Positions 1 to 10,870 of a stretch of DNA of 64,000 bases are shown piece by piece (positions within the stretch are counted from its first letter, which is position 1; each line of letters begins with the position of its first letter). Location of the stretch: NCBI GenBank assembly GCA_963842085.1, contig CAWJET010000001.1, forward strand, positions 2,368,001-2,432,000, written 5' to 3'. The notes under the pieces are model-generated. The model did not search any database, was not told the DNA's origin, and saw only the letters and a list, made by a program, of their open reading frames with translations. Source of the stretch: an uncultured delta proteobacterium. GTDB taxonomy: Bacteria > Desulfobacterota > Binatia > Binatales > Binataceae. The translations under genes and the position numbers were made by a program.

Positions 1-119
1 TTTTGCGCGAGTCGGTCGCGGTCCCGTGCCGTTGCCTACTTCGCGCGCCTAGTCGCAAGAACTATCCTCTTATATGATCGGTTCGCCGGGCGCATTTGTT
101 GGGCAAGGAGAATAGTCAA

Positions 120-314
120 ATGAAGGTCGCTGTCGATCTGAAACTGTGCGAGGGAAACATGAAATGCCAGGAGGCGGCGCCGGAAGTCTTCGAGGTGCGC
201 GACGACGACAAGAGCCATCTGTTGATCGAAAACCCGCCCGAGCGGATGCGCGACAAGCTCAAGCTGGCGGCGCGGCTGTGTCCGCGCCAGGCGATCACGG
301 TCAGCGATGATTAG
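120..314 (+). CDS. [3Fe-4S]-type ferredoxin, likely P450 partner
   Basis: CEGNMKC (CxxNxxC) plus C-terminal CP; AAGGAG Shine-Dalgarno before ATG at 120; directly upstream of a P450. Confidence 0.9.
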   Translation: MKVAVDLKLCEGNMKCQEAAPEVFEVRDDDKSHLLIENPPERMRDKLKLAARLCPRQAITVSDD

Positions 315-422
315 TCGCCGGCCTGGGCAATCAGCCGCCGATTGACCCGATGACTCGCGACGCGTGACAGGTCAGAATGCAGAATCGAGACCGAAATCCC
401 GGGATCGCGGAGACGCTCGCCA

Positions 423-1682
423 ATGGAAACTGAACAGGCACTGTCGCTTGAATCGTTGAACATCATCGGTCCCGACCACTACATGAAAAACGGCTATCCG
501 CATCGCGAATGGACGTATCTGCGCAAGCACAAGCCGGTTTTCTGGTGCGAGTATCCAAAGACCGACCCATTCTGGGCGATTACCAAGCACGCCGACATCA
601 TCCAGATCTCGAAGCAGCCGCGCCTGTTCCTCAACGGGCCCCGCTTGCTGGTGTTCGTCAACGAGGAAGGACTCGAGGAGAGTCCGACGCCGCCGTTTCG
701 CCACCTGCTCGACATGGACCCTCCCGACCACGGCGAATATCGCGTCGTCGTCAGCCGCCACTTCACGCCGCGCGGCGTGCGTCCGCTCCAGCCGGAAATC
801 GAGAACATCACGCGCGGCGTGCTCGACGACGTGACCGGCCGCGACACCTGCGACTTTGTCACCGACGTATCGTCGAAGATTCCGCTCGCCGTCATCGCCG
901 AGCTGTTGGGTGTTCCGCATAAAGACTGGGAGCAGCTCTTCCGATGGACCAACGAGACGATCGGCGGCGGCGACCCCGAGTTCCAGGCCGGCACGAGCGC
1001 GCAGGAGACGATGGATCGTTCGCGGCTGGGACTGTTCCAGTATTTCACCGACATGGTGGCGCAGCGGATGAAGCATCCGACCAACGACATCACCAGCATC
1101 GTCGCCAACGGCAAGGTCAACGGCCAGCCGATCCCGCAGTTCGAGATGTTGTCGTACTATTTCCTGCTGGTCGTGGCCGGCAACGAGACCACGCGTAACG
1201 CGACCACCGGCGGCCTGCTGGCTTTCATCGACAATCCGGGCGAGTGGCAGAAGCTCAAGCGCAATCCCAGGTTGATCGACTCGGCGGTCGAGGAGATCGT
1301 CCGATGGACGACGCCGGTCATTCAATTCGCGCGTACCGCGACCGAAGATACCGTTGTTCGCGGCCAGAAGATCAAGGCCGGCGAGTCGGTATGCCTGTTT
1401 TATCCGTCGGCGAATCGCGACGAAGAAGTTTTCAAGGATCCTTTCAAGTTCGACATCAGCCGCAATCCGAATCCGCACATCGCATTCGGCATCGGCGAGC
1501 ATTTCTGCCTCGGCGCCAACCTCGCGCGGCTCGAGCTGAAGGTGATTTTCAGCCAACTGGCACAGCGCCTCGATCACGCCGAGCTGGCCGGCCCCGTCGA
1601 GCGGCTGCGCTCGAGCTTCGTCGGCGGCATCAAGCACATGCCGATTCGCCTCAAGATGAAGCCGGCCGCCAAGGCGGCCTGA
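423..1682 (+). CDS. Cytochrome P450 (CYP125/CYP142-like)
   Basis: AGNETT I-helix, EEIVR (ExxR), heme motif FGIGEHFCLG. Confidence 0.95.
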   Translation: METEQALSLESLNIIGPDHYMKNGYPHREWTYLRKHKPVFWCEYPKTDPFWAITKHADIIQISKQPRLFLNGPRLLVFVNEEGLEESPTPPFRHLLDMDPPDHGEYRVVVSRHFTPRGVRPLQPEIENITRGVLDDVTGRDTCDFVTDVSSKIPLAVIAELLGVPHKDWEQLFRWTNETIGGGDPEFQAGTSAQETMDRSRLGLFQYFTDMVAQRMKHPTNDITSIVANGKVNGQPIPQFEMLSYYFLLVVAGNETTRNATTGGLLAFIDNPGEWQKLKRNPRLIDSAVEEIVRWTTPVIQFARTATEDTVVRGQKIKAGESVCLFYPSANRDEEVFKDPFKFDISRNPNPHIAFGIGEHFCLGANLARLELKVIFSQLAQRLDHAELAGPVERLRSSFVGGIKHMPIRLKMKPAAKAA

Positions 1683-1695
1683 GGAGGCGTCTCCG

Positions 1696-2394
1696 ATGAT
1701 TACTCCGCGCAAGTCTGCCGCCCGCGGACGCACCAAAATCGACTGGCTCGACAGCCGTCACACTTTCTCGTTCGGCGACTACTACGACCCGGGCCAGATG
1801 GGATTTCGGACGCTGCGCGTCATCAACGAGGATCGCGTCCGTCCGGGCGCGGGTTTCCCAACGCACGGGCATCGCGACATGGAGATCATCACCTACATTC
1901 TCGAAGGCGCGCTCGAGCACAAGGACAGCCTCGGCACCGGCTCGATCATTCGTCCCGGCGAAGCGCAGCGAATGAGTGCGGGCACGGGAATCACGCACAG
2001 CGAATTCAATCATTCGAAGACCGACCCGGTTCATTTTCTGCAGATTTGGATCAGGCCTTCCACGCCCGGCATCGCCCCCGGCTACGAGCAGAAGACGATC
2101 GACGATGCGAAGGCGCACGGCGGCTTCGCACCGATCGGCTCTCCCGACGGCGGCGGTCGGTCAGTGAAAATTCACCAGGACGCGATGCTGTCGGTAGCAA
2201 AACTCGAGCGCGGACAGACTGTCGCGATCAATCTGAAAAAGGGCCGCCACGGATGGGTGCAAGTAGCGCGCGGCGCGGTCACAGTTAACGGCACGCCACT
2301 CGCGGAGGGTGACGGCGCCGCGATCAGCGACGAAGAGAAAGTGGCGATCGTAGCCAGCACGCCCGCGGAAGTACTGTTCTTCGATCTGGCCTGA
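1696..2394 (+). CDS. Pirin family protein (YhhW-like)
   Basis: HTFSF, GFPTHGHRDMEI, MSAGTGITHSE, FLQIW motifs. Confidence 0.93.
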   Translation: MITPRKSAARGRTKIDWLDSRHTFSFGDYYDPGQMGFRTLRVINEDRVRPGAGFPTHGHRDMEIITYILEGALEHKDSLGTGSIIRPGEAQRMSAGTGITHSEFNHSKTDPVHFLQIWIRPSTPGIAPGYEQKTIDDAKAHGGFAPIGSPDGGGRSVKIHQDAMLSVAKLERGQTVAINLKKGRHGWVQVARGAVTVNGTPLAEGDGAAISDEEKVAIVASTPAEVLFFDLA

Positions 2395-2405
2395 GTCAGC
2401 CGCGC

Positions 2406-3086
2406 TCAACCCTTCGTCGCCGCGCGCAACCGCGCCAAATCGTAATCCCGTAGCTGATCGATTCTGTCCACGGTGACGTCGGGCGTCATGTACATGGCCA
2501 CCTCCTTCGCGTCAGCCGCGTAATGCCCCTGGCGAGGGAACACCGTCGTTACGCGCGCGCCCCACGTCTTTTTCACCGCGTCGAGGATTCGCACCTTGTC
2601 ATCGATCAGCACGTAATGATCGGCGGGGTAGCGCGCCTTCACGTCGTCGAGTTCCTGCTCCTTGTGGATGTAAATCATTACGTTCTCATCGACCGCTTCG
2701 CGGATTCCCGACCGTTCGATCTTGAGCGGCTGAAAAATCATGTCGCCATCGGACAGGATCGCCGTCTCGCCGCATTGCTTGTATTGCTCGATCACGTCGA
2801 GCGCGCAGGGAAACAGCCGGTTCGCGAAATGGTAGTTCATCAGGAAGTACGAGACCGCAATTATTCCGAAGTCGCGCGGATGATTGACCCGGTAGCGCTG
2901 CAGCGCGCCCAGATAGTCCGCGTAGCCGAGCTCGGTGCGCAGCTCCTCGAAATACTCCCAGTAGCGCTGCTGCTGATCGTTGCCGATATCGCGCTCCAGG
3001 TTGCGCTTCATGTCGGCCACGATGCGATCGTTGTCGAGCAGCGTGTTATCCACGTCAAACAAAAAAACGACATGTTCTCGTGCCAT
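2406..3086 (-). CDS. HAD-superfamily hydrolase
   Basis: FLFDVDNTL motif I, ILSDG motif II, LIDD motif IV; start set at MAREH (3086). Confidence 0.85.
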   Translation of the reverse strand: MAREHVVFLFDVDNTLLDNDRIVADMKRNLERDIGNDQQQRYWEYFEELRTELGYADYLGALQRYRVNHPRDFGIIAVSYFLMNYHFANRLFPCALDVIEQYKQCGETAILSDGDMIFQPLKIERSGIREAVDENVMIYIHKEQELDDVKARYPADHYVLIDDKVRILDAVKKTWGARVTTVFPRQGHYAADAKEVAMYMTPDVTVDRIDQLRDYDLARLRAATKG

Positions 3087-3121
3087 CGGTCCGAAGTCCT
3101 CCGCCGACAATGATTGCGATT

Positions 3122-4207
3122 CTAACGCGCTGAGGGAATCGGGGTGGCGCCGTGTGCGCTCGATTCGTAGCACGCCTCGACCACCGCCATCGTGCGGAGC
3201 GCGTCCTCGACCCCGGAGACCAGCTTTGAATCCTCGCCCGCCGCAAAGCGCTGCAGGTTCGACACCGGACCCTCGAACGCCTCGAGAAACCACGAGCCGC
3301 GCAGCGCAATCGGGACCCAGCCGTTCGAATCTTCGCTCGCGATCTCGAGCGTGTCGAGCTCGCCCGCGGGATAATTGAGATTCACGCCCATCTTGGCGAT
3401 TGCGGCGCCGCGCGTGCCTTCGAGCTTGAGCTGCGACATCCCGTAGCGTCCGCCAAAGGTGTGCGCGTGATTCATCGTCAGGCTGCATCGAATGGTCTCG
3501 CCATAGTCGAGCACGATGCTGGTGCGGGTGTCCGCGTACTCCGGCATCGCCGGATGGCGCACGCCCTTACAATACACGCCGCGCGGTTCGCCTATCAGCG
3601 AGCGAATCAAATCGAGGTAATGAATCGAATGCATCAGCACCTCGAGGCGCGGCACGCCCTTGAGGAACGCCCAGTAGTTCCACGGCGTGTGAAGATTGAT
3701 CCGCACTTCGAGGTCGAGCACCCCGCCGAAAACGCCGCGTGCGAGCGCGTCCCTGACCGCCAGCATGTTGGGCGCGAAGCGGAGCTGAAAATTCACCGCG
3801 GCGGCCAGCTTTCGCTCGGCGCAAATCACAGCTATCCGGCGGGCGTCGGCAAGGTCGCGGCCGATCGGCTTTTGAATCAGCACCGCGGCGCCGGATGGCA
3901 GCCGTTCCAGCACGCCTGCAATATGTTGCGGCGGGATCGCGACGTCGAAAATCACATCGCGCATCGACGCGGCTTCATCGATCGTCTCGAATACGCGCGG
4001 AATCGCAAACGCCGCCGCCCGCTCGCGGCTTGCTTTGGGATTCACGTCGAAAATGCCGGCGACCGGGAAGCCGAGACGTTGATAAACCGGCAGATGAGCG
4101 TCGCGAACGATGCTGCCGGCGCCGATCACGACGATCGGTTTCGCCGCCGACGGACGCGGCCATGACTGCCGCAAGTCGCGGATCGAAGCTGGCAATTCAG
4201 TCGTCAT
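3122..4207 (-). CDS. Gfo/Idh/MocA family oxidoreductase (probable sugar dehydrogenase)
   Basis: VIGAGSIV Rossmann motif, IQKP, NFQLRF, HSIHYLD; start MTTEL. Confidence 0.88.
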   Translation of the reverse strand: MTTELPASIRDLRQSWPRPSAAKPIVVIGAGSIVRDAHLPVYQRLGFPVAGIFDVNPKASRERAAAFAIPRVFETIDEAASMRDVIFDVAIPPQHIAGVLERLPSGAAVLIQKPIGRDLADARRIAVICAERKLAAAVNFQLRFAPNMLAVRDALARGVFGGVLDLEVRINLHTPWNYWAFLKGVPRLEVLMHSIHYLDLIRSLIGEPRGVYCKGVRHPAMPEYADTRTSIVLDYGETIRCSLTMNHAHTFGGRYGMSQLKLEGTRGAAIAKMGVNLNYPAGELDTLEIASEDSNGWVPIALRGSWFLEAFEGPVSNLQRFAAGEDSKLVSGVEDALRTMAVVEACYESSAHGATPIPSAR

Positions 4208-4220
4208 CGCCGGTCGCGCG

Positions 4221-4230
4221 ATGCTACCAT
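4221..4230. promoter_or_regulatory. Candidate bidirectional extended -10 promoter
   Basis: ATGCTACCAT reads TGc-TACCAT on + and TGg-TAGCAT on -, within a 43 bp gap between divergent starts. Confidence 0.45.
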
Positions 4231-4250
4231 GCCGCACAGAGGAAGCGATC

Positions 4251-5555
4251 ATGGCGCGCACAATCTCGGGACTCAGCGTCCGCGACATCCGAACTCCGAC
4301 TTCGCGCACGCTGGCGGGCTCCGACGCCGTCCACACCGATCCCGACTACTCCGCCGCATATGTAGTCCTCACCACCGACGCGCGGGACGGACTAGAAGGC
4401 CATGGCATGACGTTCACGCTCGGCCGCGGCAACGAGGTGGTGGTGACAGCCGTCCGCGCGTTGCAGCATCTCGTGGTCGGCTCGACGTACGACGACATAG
4501 TCGCCGACCTTGGTGGCTTCTGGGATCGACTCACTTTCGAGAGCCAGCTCAGGTGGATCGGCCCGGAGAAGGGCGCGATTCATCTCGCCACGGCTGCAAT
4601 CGTAAATGCGGTCTGGGACCTCTACGCCAAAATCGAGCGCAAGCCGGTGTGGAAACTCGTCGCCGACATGACGCCGGAGCAGTTCGTCTCATGCATCGAC
4701 TTCCGCTATCTCACCGACGCTCTCACCCGCGACGACGCGCTCGCGATTCTGCGCGCCGGATTCGCCACGCGCGGCGAGCGCGAAGCGCAGATGCGCAAGG
4801 AGGGCTACCCTGCGTACATCACGTCCGCCGGATGGATGGGATATCCAGACGACAAAGTTCGCCGGCTGTGCCGCGAGGCGCTCGCCGCGGGATGGACCCG
4901 GTTCAAGATAAAAATAGGGCGCGACGCTGGCGCCAACGTTCATCGCGCGGCGCTGGTGCGCGGAGAAATCGGACCGCGCGCGGTTATGATGATGGATGCG
5001 AACCAGGCGTGGGACGTCGGCGAAGCGATCGAGTTCATGCGCCCGCTGGCGCGCTTCAATCCTTTGTGGATCGAAGAACCCACCAGTCCCGACGACGTCC
5101 TCGGCCACGCCACGATTCGGCGCGCGATCGCGCCTATTGGAGTCGCGACGGGAGAGCACGCGGCCAACCGCGTGATGTTCAAGCAGTTGATGCAGGCCGG
5201 CGCGATCGACTTCTGCCAGTTCGACAATTGCCGCCTCGGCGGACTCAGCGAAGCGCTTGCCGTGCTGCTGCTAGCCGCGAAGTTCGGCGTGCCGGTTTGC
5301 CCGCACGCGGGCGGAATCGGACTGTGCGAGTACGGCCAGCACGTTTCCCTGATCGATTACATTTGCGTGAGCGGCAGCCTTGACCACCGGATGATCGAGT
5401 TCGCCGATCACCTGCACGAACACTTTAAGGATCCCGTCGTCGTGCGCGGCGACCGCTACATCGCGCCGACGGCGCCGGGATTCAGCATCGAGATGCTCCC
5501 CGCCTCGCTCACGGCGTTCGAGTTTCCCGGCGGATCGGAATGGAGAAGGAAATGA
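4251..5555 (+). CDS. L-fuconate dehydratase-like enolase superfamily enzyme
   Basis: GSDAVHTDPDYSAAY, QLRWIGPEKG, KIKIG, MMDANQ, WIEEP, PVCPHAGG. Confidence 0.9.
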   Translation: MARTISGLSVRDIRTPTSRTLAGSDAVHTDPDYSAAYVVLTTDARDGLEGHGMTFTLGRGNEVVVTAVRALQHLVVGSTYDDIVADLGGFWDRLTFESQLRWIGPEKGAIHLATAAIVNAVWDLYAKIERKPVWKLVADMTPEQFVSCIDFRYLTDALTRDDALAILRAGFATRGEREAQMRKEGYPAYITSAGWMGYPDDKVRRLCREALAAGWTRFKIKIGRDAGANVHRAALVRGEIGPRAVMMMDANQAWDVGEAIEFMRPLARFNPLWIEEPTSPDDVLGHATIRRAIAPIGVATGEHAANRVMFKQLMQAGAIDFCQFDNCRLGGLSEALAVLLLAAKFGVPVCPHAGGIGLCEYGQHVSLIDYICVSGSLDHRMIEFADHLHEHFKDPVVVRGDRYIAPTAPGFSIEMLPASLTAFEFPGGSEWRRK

Positions 5556-6358
5556 AGCACAGAATCAGATTATCGTTGTTCGTCCTGCTAGCTCTGTCGA
5601 TCGCTGCGATCTCACCAACTCAGTCCGCGTCGGCCGCGGATGACACGTCCGCGCTCCAGGCGGCGATCGCGGGACCGCAACGCTCCGAGGCCAACAAGGC
5701 TCGCGACAAGTATCGCCATCCGCTCGAGACGCTGACCTTCTTCGGGATCCAGCCCGACATGACCGTGGTCGAGATCTCACCCGGCGCCGGTTGGTATACC
5801 GAAATCCTCGCGCCATTTCTCAGGGACCACGGCAAGCTCTACGAAGCGGTGGGAGCTGGACCGGGCGCGAAGACCTTCGAGGACAAACTCAAGGCCGATC
5901 CCGCGGTATACCGACAGGTAATCGTAACTACGCTCCAGCCGCCGGCTCAAACGGAGATCGCCCCGCCGGACTCGGCCGATATGGTCCTGACGTTTCGCAA
6001 CGTCCACGACTGGCTTCCGCGTGGCACCACGGAAGACTACTTCAAGGCTTTTTATCGCGCGCTGAAACCCGGCGGAATCCTGGGCATTACCGACCATCGC
6101 GCCGATCAGTCGCAGCCGCAGGATCCCAACGCCAAAAGCGGATATGTACGTCAGGACTATATGATCAAACTGGCGGAGCAAGCCGGCTTCAAGCTGGCGG
6201 GTACGTCGGAGATCAATGCGAATCCCAAGGACCTGCGGGATCATCCGGTGTGGTACCTGCCGCCAACCTTGCGCCAGGGAGAAACCGATCGCGCCAAGTA
6301 TCTGGCAATCGGCGAAAGCGACCGGATGACGCTCAAGTTCATCAAGCCGGCGACCTAG
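5552..6358 (+). CDS. Exported class I SAM-dependent methyltransferase-like protein (COG4798 type)
   Basis: Signal peptide; RDKYRHPLETL, VVEISPGAGWYT, LTFRNVHDW, IGESDRMTLKF; ATGA overlap with upstream stop. Confidence 0.85.
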   Translation: MKHRIRLSLFVLLALSIAAISPTQSASAADDTSALQAAIAGPQRSEANKARDKYRHPLETLTFFGIQPDMTVVEISPGAGWYTEILAPFLRDHGKLYEAVGAGPGAKTFEDKLKADPAVYRQVIVTTLQPPAQTEIAPPDSADMVLTFRNVHDWLPRGTTEDYFKAFYRALKPGGILGITDHRADQSQPQDPNAKSGYVRQDYMIKLAEQAGFKLAGTSEINANPKDLRDHPVWYLPPTLRQGETDRAKYLAIGESDRMTLKFIKPAT

Positions 6359-6383
6359 GAATCGAGGTAGACCGCAGCGCTGG

Positions 6384-6716
6384 TCAGAGCGAGAAGACCA
6401 GCTTCATCTCGGCCCACCATTCGCCCGGCTGCGCGCCGGGCACGGGCTCCTGCATCGAGGCCATCAGTTCCTGCCACTCGCGAGTGCGCTGATTGCTCGC
6501 CTCGTAGCGCGCGAAGTCGCGCTCGGGATCGAATGCATCCGTCGTCTCCATGAACATGAACAGTTGGCGGCCGAGCATGAAGATCAGCATCCGCTCGATG
6601 CCGATGGACTTGAGCCCGCGCTCGACCTCCGGCCAGATCGCGCGATGATGTTCGAGGTAGCGCTCGATGATCTGCGGATCGTCCTTCAGGTTGATCGTGC
6701 GGCCGTACTGTTTCAT
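6384..6716 (-). CDS. L-rhamnose/L-fucose mutarotase family protein
   Basis: YLEHHRAIWPEV and W..LM motifs; start MKQYG coupled to SDR stop. Confidence 0.85.
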   Translation of the reverse strand: MKQYGRTINLKDDPQIIERYLEHHRAIWPEVERGLKSIGIERMLIFMLGRQLFMFMETTDAFDPERDFARYEASNQRTREWQELMASMQEPVPGAQPGEWWAEMKLVFSL

Positions 6717-7492
6717 CAGAATGCGAGCACGCCGCCGTCGATTGGATACGCCTGTCCCGTGATAAACGAGGCCTCGTCCGAGCACAGGTAGAGCGCGAGC
6801 GCCGCGACTTCTTCGGGCGTGCCCATCCTGCCGAGCGGCTGATACTCCGACAGTTGCTTGAACATCTCGGCTTCGCGTCCCGGATAAGTCGTGCGCAAGT
6901 ATCCGTCGACGAACGGCGTATGCACGCGCGCGGGGCAAATGCAGTTGCAGCGGATGCCGCGCTTGACGTAATCGACCGCGATCGATCGCGTCATCGTCAG
7001 CACCGCGCCCTTGCTCATCGAGTAGGCGAAGCGATCGGTGAGGCCTATCAGCGACGCAATCGACGCGAGATTGAGAATCACGCCGCCGCCGCTCGCGAGC
7101 GTCCGGCGCACGGCGGCCCGCGAACAGAGAAAGATGCCCTTCACGTTGACGGAATAGATCCGGTCGAAGTCTTCTTCCGAGGTGCTCTCGACGGTGCCGA
7201 TGTTCGCGATTCCGGCGTTGTTTACCAGTATGTCGATCCGCGCCGTATTCCGGTCTGAATCAATGCGTTTGAAGGCGGCTTCCACCGAGTCAGCGCCAGC
7301 TACGTCGCATTCGAGCGCCGATGCGACGCCCCCGGCCGCACGAACACTCTCGACCCCGGCCGCGGCCGCTTTGAGATCGCGATCGAGAGCGAAGACGCGT
7401 GCGCCGTTGCGTGCGAACGTCGAGGCAATCGCGAGGCCGATTCCCGAGGCTGCGCCGGTGACGATCGCGGTCTTGCCGTCGAGTCGAAACAC
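6716..7492 (-). CDS. SDR oxidoreductase (2-keto-3-deoxy-L-fuconate dehydrogenase-like)
   Basis: TGAASGIG, NNAG, YSMSK, CICPARVHTPFV. Confidence 0.9.
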   Translation of the reverse strand: MFRLDGKTAIVTGAASGIGLAIASTFARNGARVFALDRDLKAAAAGVESVRAAGGVASALECDVAGADSVEAAFKRIDSDRNTARIDILVNNAGIANIGTVESTSEEDFDRIYSVNVKGIFLCSRAAVRRTLASGGGVILNLASIASLIGLTDRFAYSMSKGAVLTMTRSIAVDYVKRGIRCNCICPARVHTPFVDGYLRTTYPGREAEMFKQLSEYQPLGRMGTPEEVAALALYLCSDEASFITGQAYPIDGGVLAF

Positions 7493-7540
7493 GACTCGAA
7501 CACTAAAACAGGCAAGCGCCGGATGACAACCGGGTCAGGT

Positions 7541-8347
7541 TCAGATTTCGGGCTCGCGCAAAACGCGATTGATCCGAGCCATCAGCTCGCCTGAGTTGAA
7601 CGGCTTGGTGACGTAGTCATCGGCGCCGAGCGAAAAGCCCTTGACCACCTCGGCTTCGTCACGGTGCGCGCTGACCAGGATCACGGGCGTATTCCTGGTC
7701 GCCAGGTCGTTCCGCAATGCTGCCAACGCTTCGAACCCGTTCATTTCCGGCATCGACACGTCCAGCAGCACCAGGTCGGGCCTTTTCTTACGGGCAATCT
7801 CCAGTGCCTGCGCACCGTCGCGCGCGATGTCGCACTCGAAATGGAAGTGCTTCAGGATCGTTGAAATCATGACGAGGGTGGTGGCGTCATCGTCGGCCAG
7901 CACTACCCGCCGCGAACCGTTTCGCGATGCTGAGGTTTGAACCTCCACTGCCGCACTCTCGACGAAGCTGAGAATCCGGTACGCCCTGAGCAAATATTCT
8001 TCCGGCTGGCACGGACGCAACACAAAGTCGCGGTTGAGGTCGGCCACGGCCGCAAAGTGCGTCACCAGGTCCTCGAAAGAGCCGATGATTACCGCCGGCT
8101 TGCGGCTGCGCGAGATCATCTCGATCGGGGCCGGTTGCTCGCCGACGCTGGCGGCCGAAGCATTGACGAAGCAAGCGTCGAAGGGCGAAAGGGAATTGAG
8201 CCCCGGGATATTCGGCGCCTCTCCAACCACGTGGCCGATTCCACGGACAGTCCCCAGCGCCGCGATGATCGAATCCCCCTCGGACGGCTCGAATCCCAAC
8301 AGTGCGAATCGCTTGCCGGCTAAAGACTGTTGAATGATCTGGTCCAT
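7541..8347 (-). CDS. Response regulator: degenerate N-terminal receiver-like domain plus intact C-terminal receiver, no output domain
   Basis: VVLADDD, LLDVSMP, LVSA, YVTKPF in the C-terminal half. Confidence 0.82.
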   Translation of the reverse strand: MDQIIQQSLAGKRFALLGFEPSEGDSIIAALGTVRGIGHVVGEAPNIPGLNSLSPFDACFVNASAASVGEQPAPIEMISRSRKPAVIIGSFEDLVTHFAAVADLNRDFVLRPCQPEEYLLRAYRILSFVESAAVEVQTSASRNGSRRVVLADDDATTLVMISTILKHFHFECDIARDGAQALEIARKKRPDLVLLDVSMPEMNGFEALAALRNDLATRNTPVILVSAHRDEAEVVKGFSLGADDYVTKPFNSGELMARINRVLREPEI

Positions 8348-8734
8348 GAGGGACGCGCTCCTTGTCGTTGCGGAACAGGGTCGAGCTGACAGGCGCTAGC
8401 GCCTCCGCCAGGCAGGATCTACCTTGCGGTGATACGCAACGACCGTGCCTCGCGGCTAAGCCTCACATTGCGTGAACCAATCGCGAGACTGCGGCGTAAA
8501 GCTCGCCGTAGATGCAGGTTGATTCAACGACCGACCGAAGTGGACACCGAAGTGTCGCGCTTTGAGACACAATCGGGCACCGGACTCGCTTCCCGAGATG
8601 GTACCGGCGGAACGGCTTTACCGACGAGTGTACTGGCATCGAAGCTACATCTTCGAGCCCGGCCGACACCGCTCGCGCTAGTGCGGGAACTCCTGCCTTG
8701 ACACTGCCGGTACCGTTGCGCGAAACGATGCATC

Positions 8735-9472
8735 ATGAGCAATAAAGCCAGCGTGCTGAGCCCTTCCGCGCTATGGCGGCGGCTGGGGTTGGCGCGCCAC
8801 AACTGGCCGGGGAGATTTACCGTCCTGCTCGCGACGATTCTGCTGCTGCTGGTCACTCAGCCACTGTTCTCGGGCCATGCCTTCGCGGAAAACGTTGCGA
8901 CCGCGACGATCTCTCTCGTTTTGCTGTCCGCCCTCTATGCGTTTCGCTTGACCAGGATCTATTTCGTGATCGCGCTAGTTCTGCTTTTTCCTTCGATCGG
9001 ATGCCGGCTGGCGCTGCTTTTCACGTTGAACCCAGCGGTCGAAATGATCGGCGCGATCTCGTCGTGCCTGTTCCTGGCCGTGACGGTCATCGCGCTGGTA
9101 TCCAGGCTGTTCATCGTCAGAAGCGTGACGCTCGACACAATCAGCGCCGCGATTTGCTCGTACCTGCTGATGGGCGTGGCGTTTGCGTACGCCTTCGCAG
9201 TCGTCGAACTGTTGAATCCGGGTTCGTTCAGCGCCGCACTTTTTCAACGGCAGCCGGGCAGCGTCGCGCCGCTCGTCGCGTCGCTTCAGAGCTTCCTCTA
9301 CTACAGCTTCGTGTGCCTGACGACGACGGGTTTCGGCGATATCTCGCCGATCTCGGAGGGCGCCCGCATCCTGTCGGTGATGGAGGCGGTGTTCGGCCAG
9401 TTGTATATGGCCATTTTGATCGCGCGGCTGGTCAGTCTCGAAGTCGCTGAGTCGATGTCGAGCGAGCGGTAA
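8735..9472 (+). CDS. Potassium channel family membrane protein
   Basis: Several hydrophobic helices; filter YYSFVCLTTTGFGDI. Confidence 0.88.
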   Translation: MSNKASVLSPSALWRRLGLARHNWPGRFTVLLATILLLLVTQPLFSGHAFAENVATATISLVLLSALYAFRLTRIYFVIALVLLFPSIGCRLALLFTLNPAVEMIGAISSCLFLAVTVIALVSRLFIVRSVTLDTISAAICSYLLMGVAFAYAFAVVELLNPGSFSAALFQRQPGSVAPLVASLQSFLYYSFVCLTTTGFGDISPISEGARILSVMEAVFGQLYMAILIARLVSLEVAESMSSER

Positions 9473-9508
9473 AAGCAGAGCGGATAAGACCGAAGCAGGG
9501 CCGTTCGA

Positions 9509-10702
<1,194 letters not shown>

Positions 10703-10870
10703 CTAGGCAGTATCGCGCCGAAGTGCATTGGTCGGCGTTGCGGCCGGCAGGCCGTGTCCGCGATGGGTCCAAACGGGCCGCGTGATTCAGGAGCAACGCA
10801 GGACGAATTTCGTGGATTGCGGCTTCACAACTTGACGGCCGGTTCAACACGACGATAGATTCGAGGCGCC

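Noticed and set aside
8348-8734. Short ORFs and a palindrome in the divergent gap
   Set aside because: The ORFs overlap and lack motifs; this is probably promoter DNA.
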